Assembly (NCBI GenBank): GCA_050014095.1
Contig: JBEKDZ010000001.1
Location: 43,989-107,988, forward strand
Source of the DNA: Dehalococcoidales bacterium
GTDB taxonomy: Bacteria > Chloroflexota > Dehalococcoidia > Dehalococcoidales > RBG-16-60-22
Reading direction: 5' to 3'
DNA: 64,000 bases
The translations under genes and the position numbers were made by a program. Of the stretch, positions 25,305-34,878 are shown one piece after another (position 1 is the stretch's first letter; every line of letters begins with the position of its first letter). Below the pieces are notes generated by a model, which saw nothing but the letters and a program-made list of their open reading frames with translations, was not told the origin of the DNA and did no database searches.

Positions 25305-26825
25305 ATGCTAGCTAAAGTCATCAGCGGGGCAATCGTGGGACTGGACGGCGCTATCGTGGAGGTGGAGGTAGATATTCTGTCCGGCCTGCCCAAGGTCATT
25401 ATCGTAGGGCTGCCGGATGCCGCCGTCGAAGAGTCCAGCGAACGCGTTCGTTCCGCAATACGCAACTCCGGCGGCGATTTCCCGATGAAGCGTATCGTGG
25501 TGAACCTGGCGCCGGCCGACCTCAAGAAAGCCGGACCCGCTTACGATTTGCCTATCGCCGTCGGTATCCTCTTAAGCTCCGAACAGGTCGAAGCTGATAT
25601 CAGCGACACCATGTTCCTCGGCGAGCTTTCGCTGGACGGCACCTTACGACATACCAACGGCGTCTTACCTTTAGTCGCCCTCGCCAAAGACGAAGGTATA
25701 CCTAATGTTATCGTGCCCGAGGCGGATGCTAAAGAGGCGGCGCTCGTCGAAGGCATCAATATCATCCCCATCGCCTCCCTGTCCCAGCTGGTCAGCTACC
25801 TGCGCGGGGAAATACCGGCGCCATCCGTAACTATCGATAGCAAAATTAGCGAAATAGCGCCGCTAATGAACTACACCGACCTTGCGGATATCAAGGGACA
25901 GGAGCACGTTAAGCGTGCCCTGGAGGTGGCGGCGGCGGGGGGACACAACGTGATAATGTGCGGGCCGCCGGGCAGCGGCAAGACTCTGCTGGCGCGCGCC
26001 CTCCCCTCCATTTTACCCCCCATGACTAATGAGGAAGCTTTAGAAGTCACCAAGATTTACAGCGTCAGCGGGCTTTTGCCGGCAGATAAGCCATTGGTGC
26101 GACGGCGTCCCTTCCGCGCCCCCCATTACACCATTTCCAACGCGGGGCTGGTGGGCGGAGGTCACTTCCCCAAGCCCGGCGAAATCAGCCTTAGTCATAA
26201 GGGCGTCCTCTTCCTGGATGAGCTGCCGGAGTTCGGGCACTCTTTGCTGGAAGTGCTGCGCCAGCCGTTGGAAGATAAAATTGTCACCATCAGCCGCGCC
26301 CAGGGGAGGGTCACCTTCCCGTCCAGCTTCATGCTGGTGGGCGCGATGAACCCCTGCCCCTGCGGCTACTACGGCGACCCCTTCCACAAGTGCACCTGCC
26401 CGCCCAGTCTCGTTTCCCGCTACCAAAGGCGCATCAGCGGACCGTTTATCGATAGGGTGGACATCTTCGTCGAGGTACCGCATATCGACTACGAAAAGCT
26501 AACGGATAAACGACTCGGCGAGACATCGGATAAGGTGCAGGCAAGAGTGACCAAAGCCCGCGAAAGGCAGCTCCAGCGATTTAATGGCTCCAAGCTGACC
26601 AGCAACGCCGAGATGACGCCCAGCGAGATACGGGAGTTCTGCCACATCGAGGACGCGGCGCAGAGCCTCTTAAAAGCCGCCATGAAGCAGCTTTACCTCT
26701 CCGCCCGCGCCTTCCATCGTATCCTTAAGCTGGCGCTAACTATCGCCGACCTTGAAAGCTGTGATATTATAAAAGCCAATCATATCGCCGAGGCGGTGCA
26801 ATATAGACCCAGAAGGACGGAGTAA
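25305..26825 (+). CDS. comM: ComM/YifB Mg-chelatase-like AAA+ helicase
   Basis: IVGLPDAAVEES, NLAPADLKK, GPPGSGKT, GVLFLDELPEF, AMNPCPCG. Confidence 0.92.
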   Translation: MLAKVISGAIVGLDGAIVEVEVDILSGLPKVIIVGLPDAAVEESSERVRSAIRNSGGDFPMKRIVVNLAPADLKKAGPAYDLPIAVGILLSSEQVEADISDTMFLGELSLDGTLRHTNGVLPLVALAKDEGIPNVIVPEADAKEAALVEGINIIPIASLSQLVSYLRGEIPAPSVTIDSKISEIAPLMNYTDLADIKGQEHVKRALEVAAAGGHNVIMCGPPGSGKTLLARALPSILPPMTNEEALEVTKIYSVSGLLPADKPLVRRRPFRAPHYTISNAGLVGGGHFPKPGEISLSHKGVLFLDELPEFGHSLLEVLRQPLEDKIVTISRAQGRVTFPSSFMLVGAMNPCPCGYYGDPFHKCTCPPSLVSRYQRRISGPFIDRVDIFVEVPHIDYEKLTDKRLGETSDKVQARVTKARERQLQRFNGSKLTSNAEMTPSEIREFCHIEDAAQSLLKAAMKQLYLSARAFHRILKLALTIADLESCDIIKANHIAEAVQYRPRRTE

Positions 26826-26833
26826 TCCATAAA

Positions 26834-26881
26834 TTGACACTCGCCTTAAAAGAGTTATAAAATCAGACGATATATCGGCAT
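26834..26881 (+). promoter_or_regulatory. Sigma70 promoter with downstream palindromic operator
   Basis: TTGACA, then TATAAA/TAAAAT, then ACGATATATCGGCAT, matching the site at 17372. Confidence 0.55.
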
Positions 26882-26921
26882 CATTAAAACCCCATTTTCA
26901 TAGATAGAAAGGAAAAAGATT

Positions 26922-27443
26922 ATGGCACAGTCGAAATACGGCAAGTATATCTGCACGGAGCTCAAGCCAAATATCCCCCTGCCCCCCTACCGCGCATGGG
27001 AACGGGACATGATTGGGGATGGCTTATGGGACGGTTACCACCGCGGTCTGGAGCACGTCGTCTGGACGGACGCGGAGGTCATGCCCGGCGCTTTTTACTC
27101 GGAAATGGTCTGGCAGTGGAGCCAGAAATACCCCAACATGCGGCCGCGTCCCGTGCTAACTAAAGAGCAGATGGAAGAAATGGCGAAGCGGCCTGGCGGT
27201 CAGGGCGTGCCCCCGCATGCCCACCCCTTCCCGGAGCTGCTTTCCTTTTTCGGGACGGACATGAACCACCCGGAAGACCTCCGCGGCGAGGTGGAGTTCT
27301 GGATGGAGGACGAAAAATACATCTTCACCAAGAGCTTCGTCGTCTACATCCCGGCTAATGTCACCCATTGCCCGCTGAGAATCCTGCGTATGGACGACTC
27401 CTTCTTCCACTATACTATCGGCCCCGGCGGGTCTTACGTCTAA
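26922..27443 (+). CDS. Uncharacterised cupin-like protein, paralog 2
   Basis: HAHPFPE...DLRGEVEFWMEDEK...YIPANVTHCPL. Confidence 0.75.
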   Translation: MAQSKYGKYICTELKPNIPLPPYRAWERDMIGDGLWDGYHRGLEHVVWTDAEVMPGAFYSEMVWQWSQKYPNMRPRPVLTKEQMEEMAKRPGGQGVPPHAHPFPELLSFFGTDMNHPEDLRGEVEFWMEDEKYIFTKSFVVYIPANVTHCPLRILRMDDSFFHYTIGPGGSYV

Positions 27444-27477
27444 TCCCGCAGCACTGAGAGAAAGAAAGGAAACGCTA

Positions 27478-27918
27478 ATGGCGAAAAAATACGAAAAAAA
27501 CTTTGTGACCAAGGATAAACCCGGCTATAAATACCCCGCTTATTTGCACCCCGACGCCAAGACGACAAAGCGCCTCGCCTACATCGACCAGGATACCGTC
27601 AAGGGCGCGGAGTTCGGCTGCGAAAATATGTGGTTGCTGCCCGGCGGAGCCAAAGAGCAAAAAATCATGGACGCCAACACCCAGCCTTACGATAGATTCT
27701 TCGGCTTTTATGCCTTTAACTACGATAATATCCGCGATTTATGTGCAGAAATGGAAGTTAATATCGGCGGGGAAAAACACATCATAAAAAGAAGCGGCGC
27801 CATGTTTATTCCGGCTAACCTGGAGGTCGGCCCGCTCACTTTCCGCAACATTACCAAGCCGATATTCTTTACTATTGAGTTCCCCTGCGGCGAAGGTTTA
27901 AAGAAGAGTTATCACTAG
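27478..27918 (+). CDS. Uncharacterised cupin-like protein, paralog 3 (ligand-less)
   Basis: NTQPYDR...DLCAEMEV...GEKHII...FIPANLEVGPL. Confidence 0.7.
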   Translation: MAKKYEKNFVTKDKPGYKYPAYLHPDAKTTKRLAYIDQDTVKGAEFGCENMWLLPGGAKEQKIMDANTQPYDRFFGFYAFNYDNIRDLCAEMEVNIGGEKHIIKRSGAMFIPANLEVGPLTFRNITKPIFFTIEFPCGEGLKKSYH

Positions 27919-28030
27919 GTTATTCCTGTCATTGCGAGTCCTTCCGCAGAAGGACGTGGCAATCCCTATCTCTGACCCCAAAAGAGTGATAGGGATTTCC
28001 CATCTATCTAGCTTTTAAGGAGGTCAAGTC

Positions 28031-28495
28031 ATGGCAAAGACAAAGTATGGTAAATATATCATCAGTGAGTTAAAGCCACCCCGTGTTGAAGCCCCCTGGA
28101 GTCCCCCGAATCTAAGCGGCGCGGGGAAGGGTAAAGGCGGTCGTGTCCTGTATATGGATAGCAGTATTGTGCCCGGGGCGATGTACATGGAGTGCGTTTG
28201 GGTCATGCCGCGGCCGCAACTCAAGGCAGAGGATGTCGCCAAAGCAAAACGAACCGGCACAGGACCGCACACGCACGATTACGACGAAGTAATCGCTTTC
28301 TTCGGCACTGATCTTAACGACCCTTATAACCTAGGCGCCGAGGTAGAGCTATGGCTGGATGATGAAAAACACATCATCACCAAGACCAGCCTGGTTTTTA
28401 TACCGGCGGGGCTTAAGCACTGCCCGCTCACCTTCCTCCGCGTAGACAGGCCGGTGTTCCATTACACTACTGGACCCGCCAAGATGTATATGTAA
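28031..28495 (+). CDS. Uncharacterised cupin-like protein, paralog 4
   Basis: HTHDYDE...NLGAEVELWLDDEKHII...FIPAGLKHCPL. Confidence 0.75.
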   Translation: MAKTKYGKYIISELKPPRVEAPWSPPNLSGAGKGKGGRVLYMDSSIVPGAMYMECVWVMPRPQLKAEDVAKAKRTGTGPHTHDYDEVIAFFGTDLNDPYNLGAEVELWLDDEKHIITKTSLVFIPAGLKHCPLTFLRVDRPVFHYTTGPAKMYM

Positions 28496-28544
28496 AAACA
28501 AAAAAGGGGGGGCAGTCTGAAAATGTAGTAAAAATAGGAAATTA

Positions 28545-28700
28545 CGTCATTCCCGTGAAACTTGTCCCGTTCACGGTGAACCGTTCAGGGTGAACCCGTA
28601 CTTGATACGGGAACGGGAATCCAGCGTTCAAGCTGAAAATCATTTTTATGGATTCCCGATCAGAGCTTGCCCCGTACTCGATACGGGGTCGGGAATGACG
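28545..28700. repeat. Inverted pair of GTCATTCCCG palindromic repeats with nested insertions
   Basis: CGTCATTCCCG...CGGGAATCCA / TGGATTCCCG...CGGGAATGACG. Confidence 0.85.
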
Positions 28701-28730
28701 TTTTCGGATAGCCCCTCGGTCTTTCCACAG

Positions 28731-29555
28731 CTATTTTCTTTTAAGATAACCCTCAATACAATTGGCGACGACCTTGGTGTAAGTCTTGATATACTTTTCC
28801 GCAACGTCGATATCGTAGCCAGCCGGATTGCCAAAGTAGCCGTCGGGTATCAGTTTCCTGGTTGCCGCATGGCTCTTACCCAACCCTTTAGCAAGGTCAT
28901 CGAAGGTAAGTTTTGTTGGCGGCAGCTTTTTCGCTAGCGCAGTTCTCACATGCTCCGGGAAGTATTTTAGCATAACACCCGTTTCCAGCGAGCCGGCATG
29001 TATGTCAATGTATTTTCCCGTCTTTTCCTGCAACGGCGGAGCTTTATGGATAAGGATATATTCCTCGGCGCCGGTAAGGTGTAGCCGGTTAATATCAGAA
29101 TCACCTAAAAGACAAACGGCGTCTATCGACATATCGCGGCGGGCGTCTTTTAAAGCCTCCAGTATAGCCAGGCAATGACCAATATCGCCATGCCAGTTAA
29201 TTACAAACACCCTTCTAAATCCCCAGCTATGCAATGATGCCAGGATATCGTAAATAATGGCTTTCATGGTCTCCGACCGCATTGAGAAGGTGCCGGGGAA
29301 AACGCCGGTGCTCGGGCTAACGCCCCAGTAGGCGGGAGGGGCAATCAGAGGGGTAACGCCACGAGTCTCAAGCTCATGCTTAACCATTATGGTGACCAAG
29401 TAAGCGGCATAAGTATCTACTGCTAGTCCCATATGTGGTCCATGTTCTTCGATGATTCCGATAGGAAGCAGGACGATGGCGTCTTTACCGACCGCTTCCT
29501 CGATTTCCGGCCAGGTCATATCTACCATGGTCTCGTCAAAGATTGAATAACCCAT
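28731..29555 (-). CDS. Creatininase/amidohydrolase family protein
   Basis: MTWPEI, LPIGIIEEHGPH..LAVD, NWHG, HAGSLET. Confidence 0.88.
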   Translation of the reverse strand: MGYSIFDETMVDMTWPEIEEAVGKDAIVLLPIGIIEEHGPHMGLAVDTYAAYLVTIMVKHELETRGVTPLIAPPAYWGVSPSTGVFPGTFSMRSETMKAIIYDILASLHSWGFRRVFVINWHGDIGHCLAILEALKDARRDMSIDAVCLLGDSDINRLHLTGAEEYILIHKAPPLQEKTGKYIDIHAGSLETGVMLKYFPEHVRTALAKKLPPTKLTFDDLAKGLGKSHAATRKLIPDGYFGNPAGYDIDVAEKYIKTYTKVVANCIEGYLKRK

Positions 29556-29643
29556 GCATGCCTCCTTGCCGGTATAGTGTAAAGCAATAAGCCCGGTAAA
29601 TCTACGGAGAATGAGGGGACAAGATTCAAAAAGAAAACAGTAA

Positions 29644-29687
29644 CCAGGCGAGCCGGCTAATTACGCTGACCCGCCTGATTTGTTTTT
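29644..29687. terminator. Putative terminator after rplL
   Basis: CAGGCG...CGCCTG stem with A/T-rich flanks. Confidence 0.45.
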
Positions 29688-29694
29688 CCGAAGG

Positions 29695-30141
29695 CTATTT
29701 TATTTCAGCTTTAGCGCCGGCGGCTTCCAGCTTGGCTTTGGCGGCGGCGGCATCGTCTTTGTTAACGCCTTCTTTAACTGGCTTGGGCGCGCCTTCCACC
29801 AGGTCCTTAGATTCTTTAAGACCCAGGTTGGTTAGCTCGCGGACGGCTTTAATGACGTTAATTTTATTGGCGCCGATTTCCGTGAGAATAACGGTAAACT
29901 CCACTTTTTCCTCGGCGGCTGGGGCGGCTTCACCTGCCGGGGCGGCGGCCGCAGCTACGGTAACGGGCGCGGCGGCGCTGACGCCGAACTCGGTTTCGAG
30001 CGCTTTGACCAGCTCTGCCAACTCCAGTACGTTCATGCCTTTAATCGCCGTCATAATCTCGTCAATGGCGCCGGACTTCTTGGCTTTGGCAGCCTTGGGT
30101 TTCGCTTCTTCTGCTTTTGCTTCTTTCACTTCATCTGCCAT
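29695..30141 (-). CDS. rplL: 50S ribosomal protein L7/L12
   Basis: [43 protein letters not shown]. Confidence 0.98.
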   Translation of the reverse strand: MADEVKEAKAEEAKPKAAKAKKSGAIDEIMTAIKGMNVLELAELVKALETEFGVSAAAPVTVAAAAAPAGEAAPAAEEKVEFTVILTEIGANKINVIKAVRELTNLGLKESKDLVEGAPKPVKEGVNKDDAAAAKAKLEAAGAKAEIK

Positions 30142-30142
30142 T

Positions 30143-30667
30143 TTATTTTACCTCCAATTGATTAATTCTACCTTGCAGTACTTGCGCTAATCCCCTCATG
30201 GGACCCGCAAGCACGTTGACCAATCCGTAAATAGGACTCTGTATACCGCCGATAACTCTAGCTAGGAGTATTTCTCTCGATGGTAATTTTGCCAGAATCT
30301 CCAGCTCGCTGGCGCTTAAGACTCTATCCGGTAAAAAGCCCACTTTGATATTCAAGGCTATCTTGGAGACGCGCAGATAATCAGCGATAACTTTCATCGT
30401 CTGGCTGGGGTCGCCATAACCGAAAGCTACTGCCATCGGGTCTTTGAAAGCACCCGCCAGATGGCTTAAACCCGCATTTTTAGCGGCTATCTCCGCCAGT
30501 GAATTCTTTACCACTTTATAATCGATTTTGGCGTCTCTTAATTTGCGGCGTAGTTCATTCATCTCGGATGTCTTGAGTCCGCGGTAATCGGTCAGGACGC
30601 CGATATTAGCTTTGGCGAATACCTCTTGTAGACTCGCTACCGCCTTTTTCTTCTTTTCCGTCGGCAT
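30143..30667 (-). CDS. rplJ: 50S ribosomal protein L10
   Basis: [20 protein letters not shown]. Confidence 0.97.
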   Translation of the reverse strand: MPTEKKKKAVASLQEVFAKANIGVLTDYRGLKTSEMNELRRKLRDAKIDYKVVKNSLAEIAAKNAGLSHLAGAFKDPMAVAFGYGDPSQTMKVIADYLRVSKIALNIKVGFLPDRVLSASELEILAKLPSREILLARVIGGIQSPIYGLVNVLAGPMRGLAQVLQGRINQLEVK

Positions 30668-30704
30668 TTTTCATACCTCCTGAAATCCCGGGAACTCTAG
30701 GTAA

Positions 30705-30830
30705 ATAAAAAGTCCCCATGCCAAACGCACGAGGACTTAAAAAATTCTTTAAGCTACATCCTCGGCAGGCATTCATTAAGTCCCTCGATTACACTCGGGA
30801 CACCCGCTGTCTCGGGATTGCGATATTCAG
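30705..30830 (-). ncRNA. Putative L10 leader RNA
   Basis: Minus strand reads CCGAGACAGCGGG...TTAA...CCTGCCGAGG, followed by a terminator-like AAGTCCTCGTG..CATGGGGACTTTTT, between rplA and rplJ. Confidence 0.7.
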
Positions 30831-30870
30831 TTGTAGATATATTATAGCACAGCTTAAACGCGACGTAAAG

Positions 30871-31584
30871 CTAGCTGGCGCTTAAAGACGTTGCCGCTGT
30901 AACATCCAGCTTAACGCTTGGGCCCATCGTCGTGGTAATATAAGCGCTTTTAACATATTGTCCCTTGGCGCCGCTCGGTTTAGCTTTAACCACCGCTTCC
31001 ATGATTGCCGTGAGGTTATCCACCAGCTTTTGTTCTTCAAAACTGACCTTGCCTACCGCTACATGGATAATGGACGTTTTATCCAGCTTATATTCCACCC
31101 TGCCTTTGCGGGCATCCTCGATGACGCGGGGCAAATCATTCATACCAACGACGGTGCCGGATTTAGGATTGGGCATCAGGCCCTTCCTGCCCAGGATTTT
31201 ACCTAGCTTACCAACCTTGCCCATCATCTCTGGAACGGCGATGGCCGTATCAAAGTCGACCCAGCCTTCTTCCACTTTTTTAATAATGTCATCACCACCC
31301 ACGAAGTCCGCCCCGGCGCCGGTAGCTATTCTTTCCGCTTCGCCCTGCGCAAAAACGAGGACGCGCACTTTCTTGCCCAAACCATGGGGCAGCAGAGCCA
31401 CTCCCCTTATCTGCTGGGCAGCATTACGCGGGTCGAGACCCATACGTAGATGAAGCTCCACCGTCTCATCGAATTTGGCGGGGGCTGATTTTTTTATCAG
31501 TTCTACCGCCTCTTTTGGCTGATAGGCTTTGTCTCTATCTATTTTCTCTGCGGCTGCTCTATATTTTTTACCGTGCTCTACCAT
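30871..31584 (-). CDS. rplA: 50S ribosomal protein L1
   Basis: KFDETVE, LPHGLGK, GLMPNPKSGT, TTMGP. Confidence 0.98.
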   Translation of the reverse strand: MVEHGKKYRAAAEKIDRDKAYQPKEAVELIKKSAPAKFDETVELHLRMGLDPRNAAQQIRGVALLPHGLGKKVRVLVFAQGEAERIATGAGADFVGGDDIIKKVEEGWVDFDTAIAVPEMMGKVGKLGKILGRKGLMPNPKSGTVVGMNDLPRVIEDARKGRVEYKLDKTSIIHVAVGKVSFEEQKLVDNLTAIMEAVVKAKPSGAKGQYVKSAYITTTMGPSVKLDVTAATSLSAS

Positions 31585-31585
31585 A

Positions 31586-32008
31586 TTACTCCACCTTTAT
31601 GCCCATACTCCGGGCGGTTCCCTCAATAGTTTTCATGGCAGCTTCGATGCTGTTAGCATGAAGGTCTTTCATTTTTAGCTCGGCGATTTCCTTGATTTTC
31701 TGTCTGGGAATTGTCCCGGCGACATCATGCCCGGCGCGCCCACCGGCTTTCTCCAGATTCAGGGCTTTTTTGATAAGGTCGGAGGCTGGCGGCGTGCGAG
31801 TAACGAAGGTAAAACTCCTATCCTCATAGATAGTGATTTCCACCGGTATGATGGAGCCAGCCTGTTTAGCTGTCCGCTCGTTATACTCTTTGCAGAAAGC
31901 CATGATATTCAGGCCATGCTGACCTAAAGCCGGACCGACCGGTGGGGCCGGATTAGCCTGCCCGGCAAGTATTTGTAGTTTGATTACTGCTTTAACTTTT
32001 TTTGCCAT
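31586..32008 (-). CDS. rplK: 50S ribosomal protein L11
   Basis: [20 protein letters not shown]. Confidence 0.98.
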   Translation of the reverse strand: MAKKVKAVIKLQILAGQANPAPPVGPALGQHGLNIMAFCKEYNERTAKQAGSIIPVEITIYEDRSFTFVTRTPPASDLIKKALNLEKAGGRAGHDVAGTIPRQKIKEIAELKMKDLHANSIEAAMKTIEGTARSMGIKVE

Positions 32009-32036
32009 TATTATTCTCCTAGTTCCTTGAGCTGTC

Positions 32037-32131
32037 GCTCATGGTGAGCCTGTCGAACCATGGCGATACACTTAACACTACCCTTCGACAAGCGTTCGAC
32101 CGAGCTCACGCCGAGGGCTCAGGGTGAGCGG
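32037..32131. repeat. Inverted pair of GAGCCTGTCGAA-type REP-like repeats
   Basis: GCTCATGGTGAGCCTGTCGAACCATG ... CCCTTCGACAAG[insert]CTCAGGGTGAGC; a related single copy lies at about 34845-34870. Confidence 0.75.
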
Positions 32132-32178
32132 GACAAACACTATTCTTTTTTCAGCTTAAGGAACTCAATTTCAGAAAC

Positions 32179-32712
32179 TTACAATTTATCTATCTGTAAA
32201 AAGTCAAGCTCCACCGGCGTTTCCTGGCCGAATAAGGAGAGAAGCACCTTGACTTTGCCTTTTTCCATGTTAATTTCATCCACCACGCCTACAAAATCGA
32301 TAAAGGGTCCATCCGTGACCCGGACGCTTTGCCCTTTACGGAAGCCAACTTTGACCTTGGGTGCTTCAGCCGTCATCTGCTTCAATATTTCGCTTACTTC
32401 TTTCTCGCGTAAAGGGGTGGGAGTATTGCCGCTGCCGACAAATCCGGTAACACCCGGGGTATTACGCACGATGCTCCAGGTATTTTCATCCATTTTCATC
32501 TCTACCAGGACGTAGCCGGGTAATATCTTCTTGGTTACCGTACGGCGGCGGCCGCTCCGGACCTCTATCTCATCTTCGGTAGGTATCACCACCTTTATAA
32601 TTTCGCTACCCGAGTCCATGAACTTGATACGCTGCTCGAGGTTCTTCTTGACACGCTCTTCATGTCCCGAGTACGTATGAATGACATACCATTGTTTTTC
32701 AGTTTCCGCCAC
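32179..32712 (-). CDS. nusG: Transcription termination/antitermination factor NusG
   Basis: WYVIHTYSGHE, PGYVLV, VRNTPGVTGFVG, KOW domain. Start is probably GTG at 32712. Confidence 0.97.
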   Translation of the reverse strand: MAETEKQWYVIHTYSGHEERVKKNLEQRIKFMDSGSEIIKVVIPTEDEIEVRSGRRRTVTKKILPGYVLVEMKMDENTWSIVRNTPGVTGFVGSGNTPTPLREKEVSEILKQMTAEAPKVKVGFRKGQSVRVTDGPFIDFVGVVDEINMEKGKVKVLLSLFGQETPVELDFLQIDKL

Positions 32713-32793
32713 AAGCAACCTCACTACCCGAATTTCCGGAAAAAACTTTACAAGTATCGTCCATATGATAACCTCTGCCCGTAGCGAGCCTGG

Positions 32794-33012
32794 CTACTTT
32801 GCCATGAAAAGCCTGCTCACGAGTTCAGAAAAGCCAAAATCGAGGGTTCCCAGAACGAGAGCAAAGATTATGGTAACGATGAGCACCATCCCGGATAGAT
32901 ATATGGTTTCTCTCCGGCTGAGCCAGACCACCTTTTTCAGCTCATTGAGAATTTCACTGAAATATCTAAAGAGAAAAAATTGCCTTTTCTGTGGTGCAAT
33001 TGGTTGCGTCAT
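32794..33012 (-). CDS. secE: Preprotein translocase SecE
   Basis: ELKKVVW motif, one TM helix, position upstream of nusG. Confidence 0.93.
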   Translation of the reverse strand: MTQPIAPQKRQFFLFRYFSEILNELKKVVWLSRRETIYLSGMVLIVTIIFALVLGTLDFGFSELVSRLFMAK

Positions 33013-33042
33013 ATCCCTTTACTTCCAAGCGCTTTAGCAGCG

Positions 33043-33210
33043 CTACTTTGTCTCCTTATGCATACGATGCATCCGGCAGCGGGGACAATATTTATTTAGC
33101 TCCAAGCGCTGCGAATCATTCTTCCTGTTTTTTGTCGTTGTATAGTTACGCTCCTTGCACTCGGAACAGGCAAGGTAGATAATGCCTCTAGCATCAGCTT
33201 TTTTAGCCAT
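33043..33210 (-). CDS. rpmG: 50S ribosomal protein L33 (zinc-ribbon form)
   Basis: Below the ORF-track cutoff. Manual translation: [55 protein letters not shown]. Confidence 0.95.
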   Translation of the reverse strand: MAKKADARGIIYLACSECKERNYTTTKNRKNDSQRLELNKYCPRCRMHRMHKETK

Positions 33211-33211
33211 T

Positions 33212-34417
33212 TTATTCTATAATACCGGTAACGGTGCCAGCACCTACCGTTCTGCCTCCTTCACGTATGGCGAAACGCAGACCTTTCTCCAAAGCTACGG
33301 GGTAAATAAGCTTTATCTTCATATTGATGTTATCGCCAGGCATGACCATCTCTACGCCCTGCGGCAGCTCGATGGTGCCGGTGACATCCGTCGTCCGGAT
33401 ATAGAACTGGGGTTTATAGCCGTTGAAGAAGGGAGTATGGCGTCCGCCTTCATCTTTGCTTAAGACGTATACCTGTGCCTCGGCATAGGTATGAGGTTTA
33501 ATGGAGCCGGGAGCGGCGAGAACCATGCCGCGCTCGATATCTTCACGCTCTACGCCTCTCAATAGTGCGCCGATAGCATCGCCGGCTTCAGCCTGGTCGA
33601 GCATTTTATGGAACATCTCCAGACCGGTAACGACGACACGGCGTGGCTCATGATGCAGACCGACAATATCAACCTCTTCGCCCACTTTAATTTTACCGCG
33701 CTCTACTCTCCCCGTAGGCACGGTGCCTCTGCCTTTAATGCTGAACACATCCTCAACATGCATTAAGAAGGGCTGGTCAACAACACGCTTCGGTGTAGGA
33801 ATAAAGCTATCGACGGCATCCATCAGCTGCAGGATAGGGCCGCACCACTGGCAATCTCTCTTACCGCAGCCGCATTCCAGGGCTTTAAGGGCGCTCACCC
33901 TGACTATCGGGGTTTTATCACCAGGGAACTCGTATTTGTTCAGGAGCTCTCTTACCTCTACCTCAACCAACTCCAGCAGCTCCTTATCTTCCATGGCATC
34001 AACCTTATTCAGAGCGACGACGATATAGGGCACGAGCACCTGGCGCGCTAGCAGAACGTGCTCACGAGTTTGTGGCATGGGTCCATCTGGAGCGCTGACG
34101 ACCAGTATAGCGCCATCCATCTGGGCGGCGCCGGATATCATATTTTTAATGAAGTCGGCATGACCGGGGCAGTCGATATGGGCATAATGCCGCTTTTCCG
34201 TCTCATATTCGACGTGCTGGATAGCGATGGTCATACCCCTGGCTTTTTCTTCCGGGGCATTATCGATGCTATCGAACGGGCGGAACTGGGTCTTGGTATT
34301 TTGTTTAGACAAGACCAGCGTTATCGCCGCGGTCAGCGTTGTTTTACCATGGTCAACGTGACCAATCGTGCCGACGTTTACATGCGGTTTTGACCTATCA
34401 AATTTCTGCTTTGCCAT
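33212..34417 (-). CDS. tuf: Elongation factor Tu
   Basis: [28 protein letters not shown]. Confidence 0.99.
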   Translation of the reverse strand: MAKQKFDRSKPHVNVGTIGHVDHGKTTLTAAITLVLSKQNTKTQFRPFDSIDNAPEEKARGMTIAIQHVEYETEKRHYAHIDCPGHADFIKNMISGAAQMDGAILVVSAPDGPMPQTREHVLLARQVLVPYIVVALNKVDAMEDKELLELVEVEVRELLNKYEFPGDKTPIVRVSALKALECGCGKRDCQWCGPILQLMDAVDSFIPTPKRVVDQPFLMHVEDVFSIKGRGTVPTGRVERGKIKVGEEVDIVGLHHEPRRVVVTGLEMFHKMLDQAEAGDAIGALLRGVEREDIERGMVLAAPGSIKPHTYAEAQVYVLSKDEGGRHTPFFNGYKPQFYIRTTDVTGTIELPQGVEMVMPGDNINMKIKLIYPVALEKGLRFAIREGGRTVGAGTVTGIIE

Positions 34418-34437
34418 TTCATCCTCCCTTTATTCCG

Positions 34438-34510
34438 AGCCCACATTCGGATTCGAACCGAAGACCCCATTCTTACCAAGAATGTGCTCTACCGACTGAG
34501 CTATGTGGGC
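34438..34510 (-). tRNA. tRNA-Thr(GGT)
   Basis: GCCCACATAGCTCAGTCGGTAGAGCACATTCTTGGTAAGAATG...GGTTCGAATCC...GTGGGCT. Confidence 0.95.
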
Positions 34511-34579
34511 ATCGGTTAATATTATACCGATTTTAATCACTATTTGTCTATACCAGCAACGCGTTTGAATTCCAATTTA

Positions 34580-34666
34580 TGGTGGAGGGAGCAAGATTCG
34601 AACTTGCGTAGCCCTTAGGGCGGCAGATTTACAGTCTGCTCCGATTGGCCGCTCCGGCATCCCTCC
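34580..34666 (-). tRNA. tRNA-Tyr(GTA)
   Basis: GGAGGGA...GCAGACTGTAAATCTGC, long variable arm, GTTCGAAT, CCA end. Confidence 0.95.
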
Positions 34667-34691
34667 AGACATGACCTACCGCACTAACCCA

Positions 34692-34763
34692 AGCCCGAGA
34701 AGGGAATCGAACCCCCAACCTACCGATTACAAATCGGTTGCGCTACCGTTGCGCCACTCGGGC
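34692..34763 (-). tRNA. tRNA-Thr(TGT)
   Basis: GCCCGAGTGGCGCAACGGTAGCGCAACCGATTTGTAATCGG...GGTTCGATTCC...CTCGGGCT. Confidence 0.95.
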
Positions 34764-34878
34764 ACCTAACTCAAACCATGCCAGGAAAACAAAAAAGCAA
34801 CCTAAATATTATAATTTTAGCGAACTTAAAAGTCAAGCTAAACCGCGCATGGTGAGACTGTCGAACCACACGAGTGCT

